Part shown: one piece after another, positions 45,845 to 53,957 of the stretch
Numbering within the stretch: position 1 is the stretch's first letter
How the letters are laid out: every line of letters starts with the position of its first letter
DNA from: a virus
DNA: 64,000 bases
Reading direction: 5' to 3' (one strand)
Virus record (IMG/VR): IMGVR_UViG_3300045988_113306
Notes under the pieces: model-generated
The model's database searches: none
The model's input: the letters and a program-made list of their open reading frames with translations, nothing else
Told to the model about the DNA's origin: nothing
Made by a program: the position numbers and the translations under genes

Positions 45845-47793
45845 AGGATTGTCAGTTCGGGATAATGCTTGTCTGCCGACAAGGTGACTACCTGTCGTCC
45901 GTGGGTATCAGGAATCTCCGATGTGAAATGCTCAAAGTCATCAATGAACACCGGCACATTCACACCGTATCGCTTGCACAATGCGTTGCTGATGTCAATT
46001 CCTATTATAGTCTTGTTGGCATGGTTGGTGCTGCCTCGGTCTACGCTGTTTATCGTCAGGGTACAAGTGTCCACCAACGCACCAGACTTGGCGATTTCGA
46101 CCATCTCGACATGGGAATGTTCAAGGTACTCATTCGCACGGTTGCGGACGGTATCGGCCCATTCACGCTCGCGCTCAATAAGGTTGTTCAAAATGCCCTC
46201 CCATTTGGCCAACTCAACGCCTGTGTTGCGTTTGTTGTCCTCATAACTCTTGATGTCGCGCATACATTTGTCATGTGTGTCACGACGCACCACAATCTTG
46301 GTCAACGCCTCGATGTCCTGAACCAACTGTCGGCTTTCATCTTGCAACTTTGCGGAATTCACGGTGGGTACTTCGGTCAACGAAGCCTCCTTGTCCTCAA
46401 CCAACTTGAGTATGGACTTCGCTTCCTCTGTATTTTCAAAAGAAACGAAGTCCGCTCTTAATTTATTGATTTGCTCCGTGATTGCGGCCGTATCAATATA
46501 TGCGGGTATCGCGTTGTTTATCGCATGCTTCTCGGACTCCAACTTTGCGAGTCGGGACTTTTGTATTTCAAGGCGCTCCACGGTCTTTTTACCACGTTCC
46601 ACTATCGGAGCCCGCTGCTTGTCTATGTCCTCGTAGAACTTAGTGCGTAATTGGGCTATTTGGTCGGCGGGTAGTTCCTGTCCGCAGTTGGGGCAAACGG
46701 TGTCTGAGAACTCTCGGCTTTTCATCTCCATGTTTTGCTCACGCAGCTTGGTGACTTCTTGCTCCAAATACTCAATGTCCTCTCGGCACATCTTGATTTC
46801 CGCCTTGCGGTTCGCCACAGTCTGTTCATTGCTCTTGATTATGCGCTCGATTTCTGCATTGTTGTCCTCGGCCTTAGACAATTGGTACTCCAACAGCATA
46901 ACTGCATTGCGGAGTTTAGCATTGTAAGCGTCCTCCGCATCGTTATATTGGTTTTTTAACGCACGAATCTCGGCAAGCTCGTTGTTGCGCTTCTCCACAT
47001 AAGGTTTGTTGGCCTCCTCCAAGCCGAGGATTTCCTTGTTGATTTCCTCAATGCGGGCCTTCTTTTCGGCAATTTGGCGTTCTGCGTCATCAACTGGGCC
47101 TAAATCGGGCAGTTGGCGGTTGGTAGCCTTGATGTCCGCCTCTATTTCCGCAATCTGCTGCTTGAGCGGAGCAATCTGTTGACGCATATATTCCTTGGCC
47201 TTCTCACTGTCCTTATACTTCTCCAAGTATTGCAGGGCCGATGTATAGTCACCCTTAAACTCGCTTTCGTCTATGCTGCCGACGATTTCGGCAAAGTGCT
47301 TGCGCAAGTCACGCCAATCAAGCATCTGATAATAACGAATGTCAATGGCAAGTTTCAGCTTCTCCACATCCATGCCGAACACCTCGACGACCTTGTCGCG
47401 ATAAGTGGCGGCCGACACCTCCAAGTCGTCAACATAGAACTTATACTCGTCGGACTTGTCCTTGACATATTCCGAGCTACCGCGAGGACGAACCCACTTC
47501 GGCTTTGCCTGACGCTTGAACAGGTATTCAACACCGTCGCAGTCAACAGCCACCTCGGAAACCGCCCAATTGGCGTTCTCAGGAGAGAATGGGAGCGTGG
47601 AATCGAACAAGTCATAGTTCGTGCGATTCAGCTCGTCGACGCCTGTAAGGCACCATTTCACGGCCACGAACAAAGTGGTCTTTCCCGTTCCGTTGTAACC
47701 GGCCACATCCGTGCGAGCATCCTTGAAGTCAACCCGGAACGTATGACCACGGAAGTTTGTCAACTGGGCCGTCTTAATCTTTATCTCCCTCAT
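45841..47793 (-). CDS. Rad50/SbcC-like SMC-family ATPase with zinc hook
   Basis: Walker A GYNGTGKTT, long coiled coil with central CPNCGQ hook-like CxxC, Walker B VPVFIDDFE. Confidence 0.8.
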   Translation of the reverse strand: MREIKIKTAQLTNFRGHTFRVDFKDARTDVAGYNGTGKTTLFVAVKWCLTGVDELNRTNYDLFDSTLPFSPENANWAVSEVAVDCDGVEYLFKRQAKPKWVRPRGSSEYVKDKSDEYKFYVDDLEVSAATYRDKVVEVFGMDVEKLKLAIDIRYYQMLDWRDLRKHFAEIVGSIDESEFKGDYTSALQYLEKYKDSEKAKEYMRQQIAPLKQQIAEIEADIKATNRQLPDLGPVDDAERQIAEKKARIEEINKEILGLEEANKPYVEKRNNELAEIRALKNQYNDAEDAYNAKLRNAVMLLEYQLSKAEDNNAEIERIIKSNEQTVANRKAEIKMCREDIEYLEQEVTKLREQNMEMKSREFSDTVCPNCGQELPADQIAQLRTKFYEDIDKQRAPIVERGKKTVERLEIQKSRLAKLESEKHAINNAIPAYIDTAAITEQINKLRADFVSFENTEEAKSILKLVEDKEASLTEVPTVNSAKLQDESRQLVQDIEALTKIVVRRDTHDKCMRDIKSYEDNKRNTGVELAKWEGILNNLIEREREWADTVRNRANEYLEHSHVEMVEIAKSGALVDTCTLTINSVDRGSTNHANKTIIGIDISNALCKRYGVNVPVFIDDFEHFTSEIPDTHGRQVVTLSADKHYPELTIL

Positions 47794-47963
47794 TTCTTTG
47801 CAGCTTCGATAGATACTTTGCGATACTCCTTCAGCATCTTTTAAAGTTCAAGGGATGCCTTGCGGGCACGAGCGCCAGCGGCCTTGTTTCCGTTTACGTT
47901 AGCCTGCATTTCTTTTGAAAACACAATCATTAATGATTGGATGTCATTGTAAATCTTTTCCAT
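47790..47963 (-). pseudogene. histone H1/Hc1-like small DNA-binding protein with in-frame TAA
   Basis: MEKIYNDIQSLMIVFSKEMQANVNGNKAAGARARKASLEL*KMLKEYRKVSIEAAKK. The TAA at 47841-47843 is in frame with both halves. The final TGA overlaps the ATPase ATG. Confidence 0.5.
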
Positions 47964-47990
47964 TTCGTAGTGGTTTATAAGTTAATAATG

Positions 47991-48413
47991 TTAGTTTCCT
48001 GTTGAGCCATATCCGCCAGCGCCGCGTTCGGTTTCGGACAATTCATCCGATTCTACCAACGTGATTTGAGGGTATGGCATAATAATGAGTTGACCTATGC
48101 GGTCGCCGATATTGTAGATATTATGCTTACTTGATGTCGGATAAAATTTAAATGACACCTCGCCGCGATAGCCACTATCGATAACGCCGACGCAGTTTGA
48201 CAACGCTAAATCCTTTTTCGATATGGAGCTACGAGGGAATATCAAACCGACATATCCTTTCGGTATCTCAAATGCCAATCCAGTGCCATATACGAAATAT
48301 CCACGGTTGTCTATGTTCATGGATGTCGCCGTGAGGTCGAGGCCCGCATCGCCGTCCTTGGCATAGGAAGGGATTACAGCGTATGGATGCAGTTTCTTGA
48401 CTTTTACATCCAT
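47991..48413 (-). CDS. dut: dUTP pyrophosphatase
   Basis: DAGLDL, PRSS, GVIDSGYRGE, RIGQL and RGAGGYGSTG motifs. Confidence 0.9.
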   Translation of the reverse strand: MDVKVKKLHPYAVIPSYAKDGDAGLDLTATSMNIDNRGYFVYGTGLAFEIPKGYVGLIFPRSSISKKDLALSNCVGVIDSGYRGEVSFKFYPTSSKHNIYNIGDRIGQLIIMPYPQITLVESDELSETERGAGGYGSTGN

Positions 48414-48414
48414 A

Positions 48415-48771
48415 TCACCATCCTCCGTATTGGTCTTGCTGTGATGGGGCGGAATGCTGTCCGCCGTCGGCGTTGTAAGCCTGCTTCTCCTTTGCGTTGC
48501 CGATGAACGGCTTAGCCTTGATAGCGTCTACGCCAAGGCGGTCGATGGTTTCCTTGTTGTATTTCAGCTTCAGCGAATGTGAGTCGCCGTATTGACTGTT
48601 ACGGCTTTCGTACATGTTTACGCCAAGGTATGCGGCGGTTCCGCTTTCGTTGACGAAAATGTCGGCTGTGTCTATCGGTATGATTACCGCACGCTTGCCC
48701 GTGTTCGGGTTGGTTTGGAGCGTTGCCCCGTCAATCTTCAGGAGATTGATGTTAAGTGAATAATTAGCCAT
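48415..48771 (-). CDS. hypothetical protein, possible ssDNA-binding protein
   Basis: 118-aa ORF, paralogous block to 45209..45844, tail QQDQYGGW. Confidence 0.45.
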   Translation of the reverse strand: MANYSLNINLLKIDGATLQTNPNTGKRAVIIPIDTADIFVNESGTAAYLGVNMYESRNSQYGDSHSLKLKYNKETIDRLGVDAIKAKPFIGNAKEKQAYNADGGQHSAPSQQDQYGGW

Positions 48772-48810
48772 ACTTGTTGTAGTGGTTTATATGTTGTTAA
48801 TAATACACTG

Positions 48811-48844
48811 CAAAGATACTAAATATATTTGGAATAATTGCAAA
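48811..48844 (-). promoter_or_regulatory. promoter TTTG-N22-TATCTTTG
   Basis: Plus strand CAAAGATA 48811-48818 and CAAA 48841-48844. Confidence 0.5.
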
Positions 48845-48859
48845 TGTTTATAGGAATTT

Positions 48860-49126
48860 TTACAAAACTTCGCCGTCCTTGATTATCAGTCCTTTTATCT
48901 CGTCTATGCGGATGTATTGCGTTTCCGTCGATATTGTTTCAAGTGGCTCAAGGTAATTGATGTTGCACAATACGCCACCATCGGCGTAATTAGCCTGAAA
49001 AACACGGCCATCCGCGACAACACCGCAAAAATAGACGTAACTGCGCTTGTTGTCGTAAGGGCTCCTGATTAGCAACGGCTTCCCGTTGTCGTCGTCAGTC
49101 AACAGATTTATGTTCTTCCAGTTCAT
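48860..49126 (-). CDS. hypothetical protein
   Basis: Start trimmed to MNWKNINL. The upstream part of the track ORF overlaps the better small TM ORF. Confidence 0.45.
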   Translation of the reverse strand: MNWKNINLLTDDDNGKPLLIRSPYDNKRSYVYFCGVVADGRVFQANYADGGVLCNINYLEPLETISTETQYIRIDEIKGLIIKDGEVL

Positions 49127-49293
49127 TTCTTCTCTATTTTGAATCCGTATAAGACACAGAACAATGCAACGGCAAAGCCCCATACAAAAGGAATCCACAA
49201 CGGGGATGTGACCCATATCCACGGCCAATAAATCACCTTGGCCAACTTCAGGATTAAGAACACAATGAATACCACTATCGTTATCTTGTTCAT
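49123..49293 (-). CDS. small two-TM membrane protein
   Basis: 56-aa ORF MNKITIVVFIVFLILKLAKVIYWPWIWVTSPLWIPFVWGFAVALFCVLYGFKIEKK, with ATGA overlaps at both ends. Confidence 0.45.
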   Translation of the reverse strand: MNKITIVVFIVFLILKLAKVIYWPWIWVTSPLWIPFVWGFAVALFCVLYGFKIEKK

Positions 49294-49499
49294 CTTCTAA
49301 TGTTGTTTGTTTGTTGTTGGTTGTCAAACATTCGCTCGACCAATGCGTTCGCGACGACATTCATGACAAAGTCCCTGTCGTTCTCATTGGCCTTGTATTT
49401 GGGGTCGTCCACCTTGCGCACATACGAAAGTATCTCGCTCAGCATCTCGTCGTTGCGACGGGCCAAGGACAAAAGCTCCGAATACTGCTCGTCCGTCAT
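49290..49499 (-). CDS. hypothetical protein
   Basis: 69-aa ORF. Confidence 0.5.
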   Translation of the reverse strand: MTDEQYSELLSLARRNDEMLSEILSYVRKVDDPKYKANENDRDFVMNVVANALVERMFDNQQQTNNIRR

Positions 49500-49502
49500 G
49501 GC

Positions 49503-49760
49503 TCAGTCGTCATAAAAGTTGCACATCCCGATGCACTGTCCCGAAAAACCGTCGAAGTCGGCCAACACGTAACGCGAATAGCCTCCCCATTCGGCAGGAA
49601 GCCGGTCGTCCTTGTCCGAGGCGAGGGATATGCGCACATTGTGTACATAAGGCATCTCGACCGCCAATATGCGTCGCAAGTCGTGAATCCCCGAAACCTC
49701 TATCGTCGTTTCAAGGCTCTCGGCCAACGAACCCCGATGAAACCTGAACAGCTTGCTCAT
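49503..49760 (-). CDS. hypothetical protein
   Basis: Start trimmed to MSKLFRFH, giving an ATGA overlap. Confidence 0.5.
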   Translation of the reverse strand: MSKLFRFHRGSLAESLETTIEVSGIHDLRRILAVEMPYVHNVRISLASDKDDRLPAEWGGYSRYVLADFDGFSGQCIGMCNFYDD

Positions 49761-50029
49761 GACTTCGGGTTCTCCTGTTCGGTGGAATTCTCGTCCTCCA
49801 CGACAGGAGGACACTCACAATGAAGCTCATTGAACTCGGTTTCAAGCTCAACGCGCAAACCGTTAAGGTAAATCAAGAAAGATTCCGGGTCGCTTCTCAC
49901 GAGCTCGGACACTCTATACCTGAAAGTCTGGGATTGGGTATCTCCAACTGTGATGCTCCTGATGAGCTCGTTGACCCCTTCGAGCTTGGAATAAATCTCG
50001 GTCGCTTTTTTGAATGTTTCTATGTCCAT
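49757..50029 (-). CDS. hypothetical protein
   Basis: 90-aa ORF. Confidence 0.5.
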   Translation of the reverse strand: MDIETFKKATEIYSKLEGVNELIRSITVGDTQSQTFRYRVSELVRSDPESFLIYLNGLRVELETEFNELHCECPPVVEDENSTEQENPKS

Positions 50030-50035
50030 AGTCGG

Positions 50036-50515
50036 CTAAAGTTTCAGTTTGTCGTTGAGATGTGAGTCCGCAGCAGAATTGCAGACGTCTATGAAATCGG
50101 CATTGTCGCACATCATGTCGGTGAGCACGTTCTGATTGGGAATGATGACGAACGACGCTATTTTCTGCGACAGCCGACGAAGCTCCTCCACATCCGACCG
50201 AAGCGAGAAGTCGTTCAGGTCAAGCTGGGAGAGCAGCGCCTTGGCTTCCTCCGAGCATTCATTCGCGAAGTCGGCGGCCAACGATATTTTCAGCAGCGCC
50301 TTGTAGACTGAGTTCTTGACGTCCTGCCCCTTGTCGTCGAGGACGTCCGCGAGCTTCATAGGCTGGTAACGCCTCGCCTCAATCAACTCCCGCTCCTTTT
50401 CCTGTATCTTTCCGTTGTTGGCCGACAGCCAAAACAAATCGTTGCGGCGCATGGCCGCCTGACGGTACGAATAGAGCTTTTCAAGCTCCCGTTCAAGTCT
50501 TTCAACCCTTGTCAT
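50036..50515 (-). CDS. hypothetical coiled-coil protein
   Basis: Start trimmed to MTRVERLEREL, downstream of the promoter at 50620. Confidence 0.5.
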   Translation of the reverse strand: MTRVERLERELEKLYSYRQAAMRRNDLFWLSANNGKIQEKERELIEARRYQPMKLADVLDDKGQDVKNSVYKALLKISLAADFANECSEEAKALLSQLDLNDFSLRSDVEELRRLSQKIASFVIIPNQNVLTDMMCDNADFIDVCNSAADSHLNDKLKL

Positions 50516-50619
50516 TTCCTGTAAAAACAGCGAACCGCATGATGCACCACTACTATACACCACACGGAACGCATAATGAGTTCTTAATTCATGGAGGTAG
50601 TGGACTCCACTTTCAAGCA

Positions 50620-50651
50620 CAAAGATAAGTATTTATTCCTAATAATGCAAA
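50620..50651 (-). promoter_or_regulatory. promoter TTTG-N20-TATCTTTG
   Basis: Plus strand CAAAGATA 50620-50627 and CAAA 50648-50651. Confidence 0.6.
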
Positions 50652-50671
50652 TCAAACAAAGGCTTCATGCT

Positions 50672-51114
50672 TCACTTTGGAAGTGTCATCTTCGCAACAA
50701 ATCCATAGCAACTTGACAACCAATGACTCTCATTGTCAAACTCTCCGCCAGTAGTAGGCACTTCCTCCTCATTATTGACAAGAATTACATTATTCAAATA
50801 ATAATATTTGGTGAAATTGAATATCATATATCCGACAAGGCCATCATTATCGCCAAATTCCATGTAATCAAAGAGAACGGGTTCTTGATTATAGTTACGA
50901 CCTCTGCTCCACATTTGTGAAGATTCAACAATACTTGGCGCAACAATGAATAGTTCAAATTCTTCCGACGGCTCGTCACGCACTTTTCTCAAATAAAGAC
51001 TTCTGCTGTTAAGCGGTATTTTATCAACTACGTCACCCCCCCCTCGGAAGAGCCACCGGCCTGTAAATCAGCAACATGCTCGGTGACTAACTTGTCTAAT
51101 TTATACTTGTTCAT
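50672..51114 (-). pseudogene. hypothetical protein gene interrupted at a G8 tract
   Basis: ATG 51114 ORF (MNKYKLDKLVTEHVADLQAGGSSEGGVT*) stops just after the tract. With G9 it fuses to track ORF 50672..50992, which otherwise has only a TTG start. Confidence 0.5.
51036..51043. repeat. homopolymer C8 (G8 on coding strand)
   Basis: Counted directly: cgtcaCCCCCCCCtcgg. Confidence 0.95.
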
Positions 51115-51169
51115 ATCAACATGTTTTGTCGCAAATTTACGACATTCGCACGACTAAAACAACAGTGTA

Positions 51170-51901
51170 TCAATCTTTTGCACTGAGAACACCGCAAAGC
51201 CCGTTCGACAGGACGTTTATGAAGTAATTGGCTCCGTCCATCGTGATGCGAACCCTCGGCCTTATCAACTTGCGCTGACCTCCCCGCTTGGTGCGGTCTA
51301 TCACGCTCATCAAGCCCAAGCTGATGGCCAATTCCGTCGGGTAGTCCGCACAACCCGGAACATACTGAAGAAAACCATGCTCATGTAGATACGCCACGAA
51401 CAAACGACGCTGCATGGGCTTGCCGTTCCACTTTATGAGCCGCCCGACCTCCGAGAACGAATAATCCTTGTCCTGAATCCTCATGGCCGTGGTCACTATC
51501 GCGTCATTCTTGACGACATCCTCCGTGGGAGTCGGCGGCACACAATTATGAATAGTCGTGCGACCCGTCGTCAGCAGCTCCTCAATTCGACGATTACACC
51601 ACAAACCGAACAAAGGCGCAAGCCATCGCGCAAACTCCATAGCCACATCCTTGTGCATCCATGTGCCCTGCGTGGTCTGAATTGAGCCTCCGCCTTTTCG
51701 CGTTATCACAAGCTCCGAAACGCAGATTTTCGTTTCGGCAGAAACAGCCTCAATGTAATCTTTCGCTGCTTGCGTCTTGAGCCAATCATTCGGGCTCTTG
51801 TTAAAACCTCGCGCCATTTGAGTGGCACAAACATACACATTCTTGCCCCGTGAGAACGTAATCTTGCTACCGTTGTAGCTAAAGTCCTGATAATTAATCA
51901 T
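51170..51901 (-). CDS. KilA-N / KilAC-domain antirepressor-like protein
   Basis: Start trimmed to MINYQDF. GTWMHKDVAMEFARWL (KilA-N-like) plus a C-terminal KilAC/ANT-like region. Confidence 0.75.
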   Translation of the reverse strand: MINYQDFSYNGSKITFSRGKNVYVCATQMARGFNKSPNDWLKTQAAKDYIEAVSAETKICVSELVITRKGGGSIQTTQGTWMHKDVAMEFARWLAPLFGLWCNRRIEELLTTGRTTIHNCVPPTPTEDVVKNDAIVTTAMRIQDKDYSFSEVGRLIKWNGKPMQRRLFVAYLHEHGFLQYVPGCADYPTELAISLGLMSVIDRTKRGGQRKLIRPRVRITMDGANYFINVLSNGLCGVLSAKD

Positions 51902-52444
51902 AAGACAAATAAAATAAAGTTCCCCTCCCGAGGCTACCACACACTCGAAAGGGGAAAACTTCAATATCTTACACCGAACGCCAGAGGTGGTAGGTGGCAT
52001 CCACGACGCAAAGTTATAACATCTTTCCCGATATTCCAAACGATTTCAACAAAAATATGCCAAAAAACATGAGATAAGACAGCAGAATCTCACACTCCCG
52101 ACCTTATTTCCAAGGTTTCCCCGCCATTATATAACGTATATTAGTACCCCATCCTAACATAGAAACACTATACTATGTATATACTATATATAAAGAAAAG
52201 AATAACTAAAGTTATTCTCAAAGAAGTGAAACTCCCCTCACAGCACGGCAATTGTTTGGAGTTGTCGACGCCTGAAAGGCACAAGACGAATCCAAGCCTT
52301 TGCCAGTGCGACCCCAACGCCACACATAAAAAACGTGCATCATATTCTCATACAATGCACGCCATCCAAAAAGTTAACTTACCAATGCAATTTGAAACAA
52401 AAAACCAATCATTGCTCGAACACAAAGGTAACACTTCCTGAACG

Positions 52445-52470
52445 AAAATAAAAAAAATAAAAATAAAAAA
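52445..52470. repeat. A-tract (AAAATAAAAAAAATAAAAATAAAAAA)
   Basis: Read directly; possible DNA-unwinding or bending element. Confidence 0.8.
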
Positions 52471-52509
52471 TTTCGAGATGAGGTTGGGTGCAGCCAAAAT
52501 GGCTATACA

Positions 52510-52517
52510 GGGGGGGG
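52510..52517. repeat. homopolymer G8
   Basis: Counted directly: tacaGGGGGGGGcgg. Confidence 0.95.
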
Positions 52518-52726
52518 CGGTATGTAGCATATATAGACAACAAAATCATAATGCCGTCTATTTGGCTCAGAAATGGCTCTATTTTCGATTTAAATATGTT
52601 AGACGATAATTTATATATCTGAAATATTTTAGGCTGCCACAACGCAAATAAACGACCAATTGTCAAGCGTTGCACTTGAATAGTGTTATATAGCAATGTA
52701 ACACCACTATTGTTGGTATCATAATA

Positions 52727-52743
52727 AGTGTATATTTTACACT
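52727..52743. promoter_or_regulatory. inverted repeat AGTGTA-N5-TACACT (module copy 1)
   Basis: Read directly; related to 52982-53006. Confidence 0.5.
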
Positions 52744-52764
52744 CAATCCTGCGATGCAGCAAAC

Positions 52765-52780
52765 AACTATAAATTTAGTT
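52765..52780. promoter_or_regulatory. inverted repeat AACTA-TAAATT-TAGTT (module copy 1)
   Basis: Read directly; related to 52813-52828 and 53040-53057. Confidence 0.5.
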
Positions 52781-52812
52781 TGCGCTCGTACTCAAATCAC
52801 CCACACAACTAT

Positions 52813-52828
52813 AACTATAATTATAGTT
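52813..52828. promoter_or_regulatory. perfect 16-bp palindrome AACTATAATTATAGTT
   Basis: Read directly. Confidence 0.55.
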
Positions 52829-52981
52829 TATCCACACAAAAACAAAGGGGCAATTAAGCACCCTTAACGTTATGCATGTGGCATATGCAAATATTATTCT
52901 TATTTTTATAATCTATTAACAATTATTTACATTTTCCTTATATATAGTACCGCGTGCGAGTGTATCTATTACGGTTTCTGG

Positions 52982-53006
52982 AATAAGTGTATTTTTTACA
53001 CTTATT
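52982..53006. promoter_or_regulatory. inverted repeat AATAAGTGTA-TTTTT-TACACTTATT (module copy 2)
   Basis: Perfect 10-bp arms. Confidence 0.55.
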
Positions 53007-53039
53007 ATGTGCGCTGCATCAATTTTGCCGGCTAATCCT

Positions 53040-53057
53040 CAACTATAATTTTAGTTG
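53040..53057. promoter_or_regulatory. inverted repeat CAACTA-TAATTT-TAGTTG (module copy 2)
   Basis: Perfect 6-bp arms. Confidence 0.5.
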
Positions 53058-53175
53058 TGTGAACTATGAATTGCCGTTTGAATGTTGGATATTGAGGTGT
53101 ATTTGTAAATGAATGTAAACTAAATTATGCTATTTGTTAAATAATATATAATATATGAAAAATTACGGCATAACA

Positions 53176-53207
53176 TTTGGTATTTGCAACCAAATGTTAT
53201 AACTTTG
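53176..53207 (+). promoter_or_regulatory. promoter TTTG-N20-TAACTTTG (candidate rightward early promoter)
   Basis: TTTG 53176-53179 and TAACTTTG 53200-53207, pointing into the small-gene array. Confidence 0.5.
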
Positions 53208-53692
53208 CTCCCGCAATCGAACATTGACACAATGAAATGGTGAAGTTAACACTAACGCAATTGATTTTGTGTGAATTATTACTTTTGAGTGAGCGTGTTA
53301 ATGTAGCTATTTTGCGCTTTACCATTCAGATAAATTCCTGAGTTTCAGGAGGATTAAAAACGAGTTGAACCGTTAACAGGTGAACTATGTCCCAACTGAA
53401 ACATGAATTAATTGCCAATGGCGGGGCAAAAACCGCGTTGACAGCCAAAACCAATCTATTTTGTGAGTATTGAACTTATGTCGTAATTAAGGGATAAAGG
53501 GGCAAAATACATACGTTAATACAATTCCAAGCGAATAGGGCACGGGTTATTCCCATTACGTGTTAGAGCCAGGAAGCCGTGACGTTGGAATATAACGGGC
53601 AGGTTGCGTTCATCGGAAAGACATCGGGGAGATATGGAAACATTGAGCGGGTCGAGCCGCCTCCCCGAACCAACCAATTAAACTTACAATAT

Positions 53693-53812
53693 ATGAAAGA
53701 GAAACTAATCATAGGCGCGAAGTGCGTCGCCGTCATCGTGGCGTGTGTGTCAGCGGTAGTGTTGTTAATCGGATTCATGCGTGTGTGTGAGTCGATTGGA
53801 TTTACAATGTGA
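53693..53812 (+). CDS. 39-aa single-TM peptide
   Basis: ATG 10 nt after the box at 53672; hydrophobic core. Confidence 0.4.
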   Translation: MKEKLIIGAKCVAVIVACVSAVVLLIGFMRVCESIGFTM

Positions 53813-53957
53813 TGAGCGAGGCAATTGTGTGCATCGGCGGAGATTCCCCGATGTCGACTGTGACGAGATGATATGGGAGATGTTTCCCAAGTATTAAACT
53901 TTAAATAGGCGGTATTGAACCGCTCTCAATGTTTAACCAATAAAAAACTTACGTAAA

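Larger units (their letters stand above)
52040..53560. other. ORF-poor control region (switch and/or origin candidate)
   Basis: 1.5 kb without a credible ORF in an otherwise dense genome, between divergent modules. Contains an A-tract, a G8 run and duplicated palindrome modules. Confidence 0.6.

Noticed and set aside
37672-47793. Dnd-like phosphorothioation pair (PAPS-reductase-like DndC plus SMC-like DndD).
   Set aside because: The two genes are 7 kb apart with many unrelated genes between them. No DndA, DndB or DndE candidates are present. The ATPase has a Rad50-type CxxC hook and sits among recombination-type genes.
47841-47843. Stop-codon reassignment (TAA read as sense), as reported for TAG/TGA in some gut phages.
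   Set aside because: TAA terminates many well-delimited genes here (for example 55083, 56630, 56731, 9355). Only this single in-frame case was seen, and the phage tRNA has a CAU anticodon, not a suppressor one.
52409-52762. 117-aa minus-strand ORF, and the 88-aa plus-strand ORF 52175..52441, in the control region.
   Set aside because: Both have low-complexity, Phe/Tyr/Ile/Leu-rich translations of AT-rich DNA. Neither has a start context or operon fit, and both overlap the A-tract and G8 run.
53534-53545. 12-nt box AATAGGGCACGG shared with 60531-60542, seemingly marking two leaders.
   Set aside because: Exact 12-mer repeats are expected by chance many times in 64 kb (order of 100 pairs). No promoter was found upstream of the 53534 copy. 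Only the 60.5-kb copy has a structural partner.
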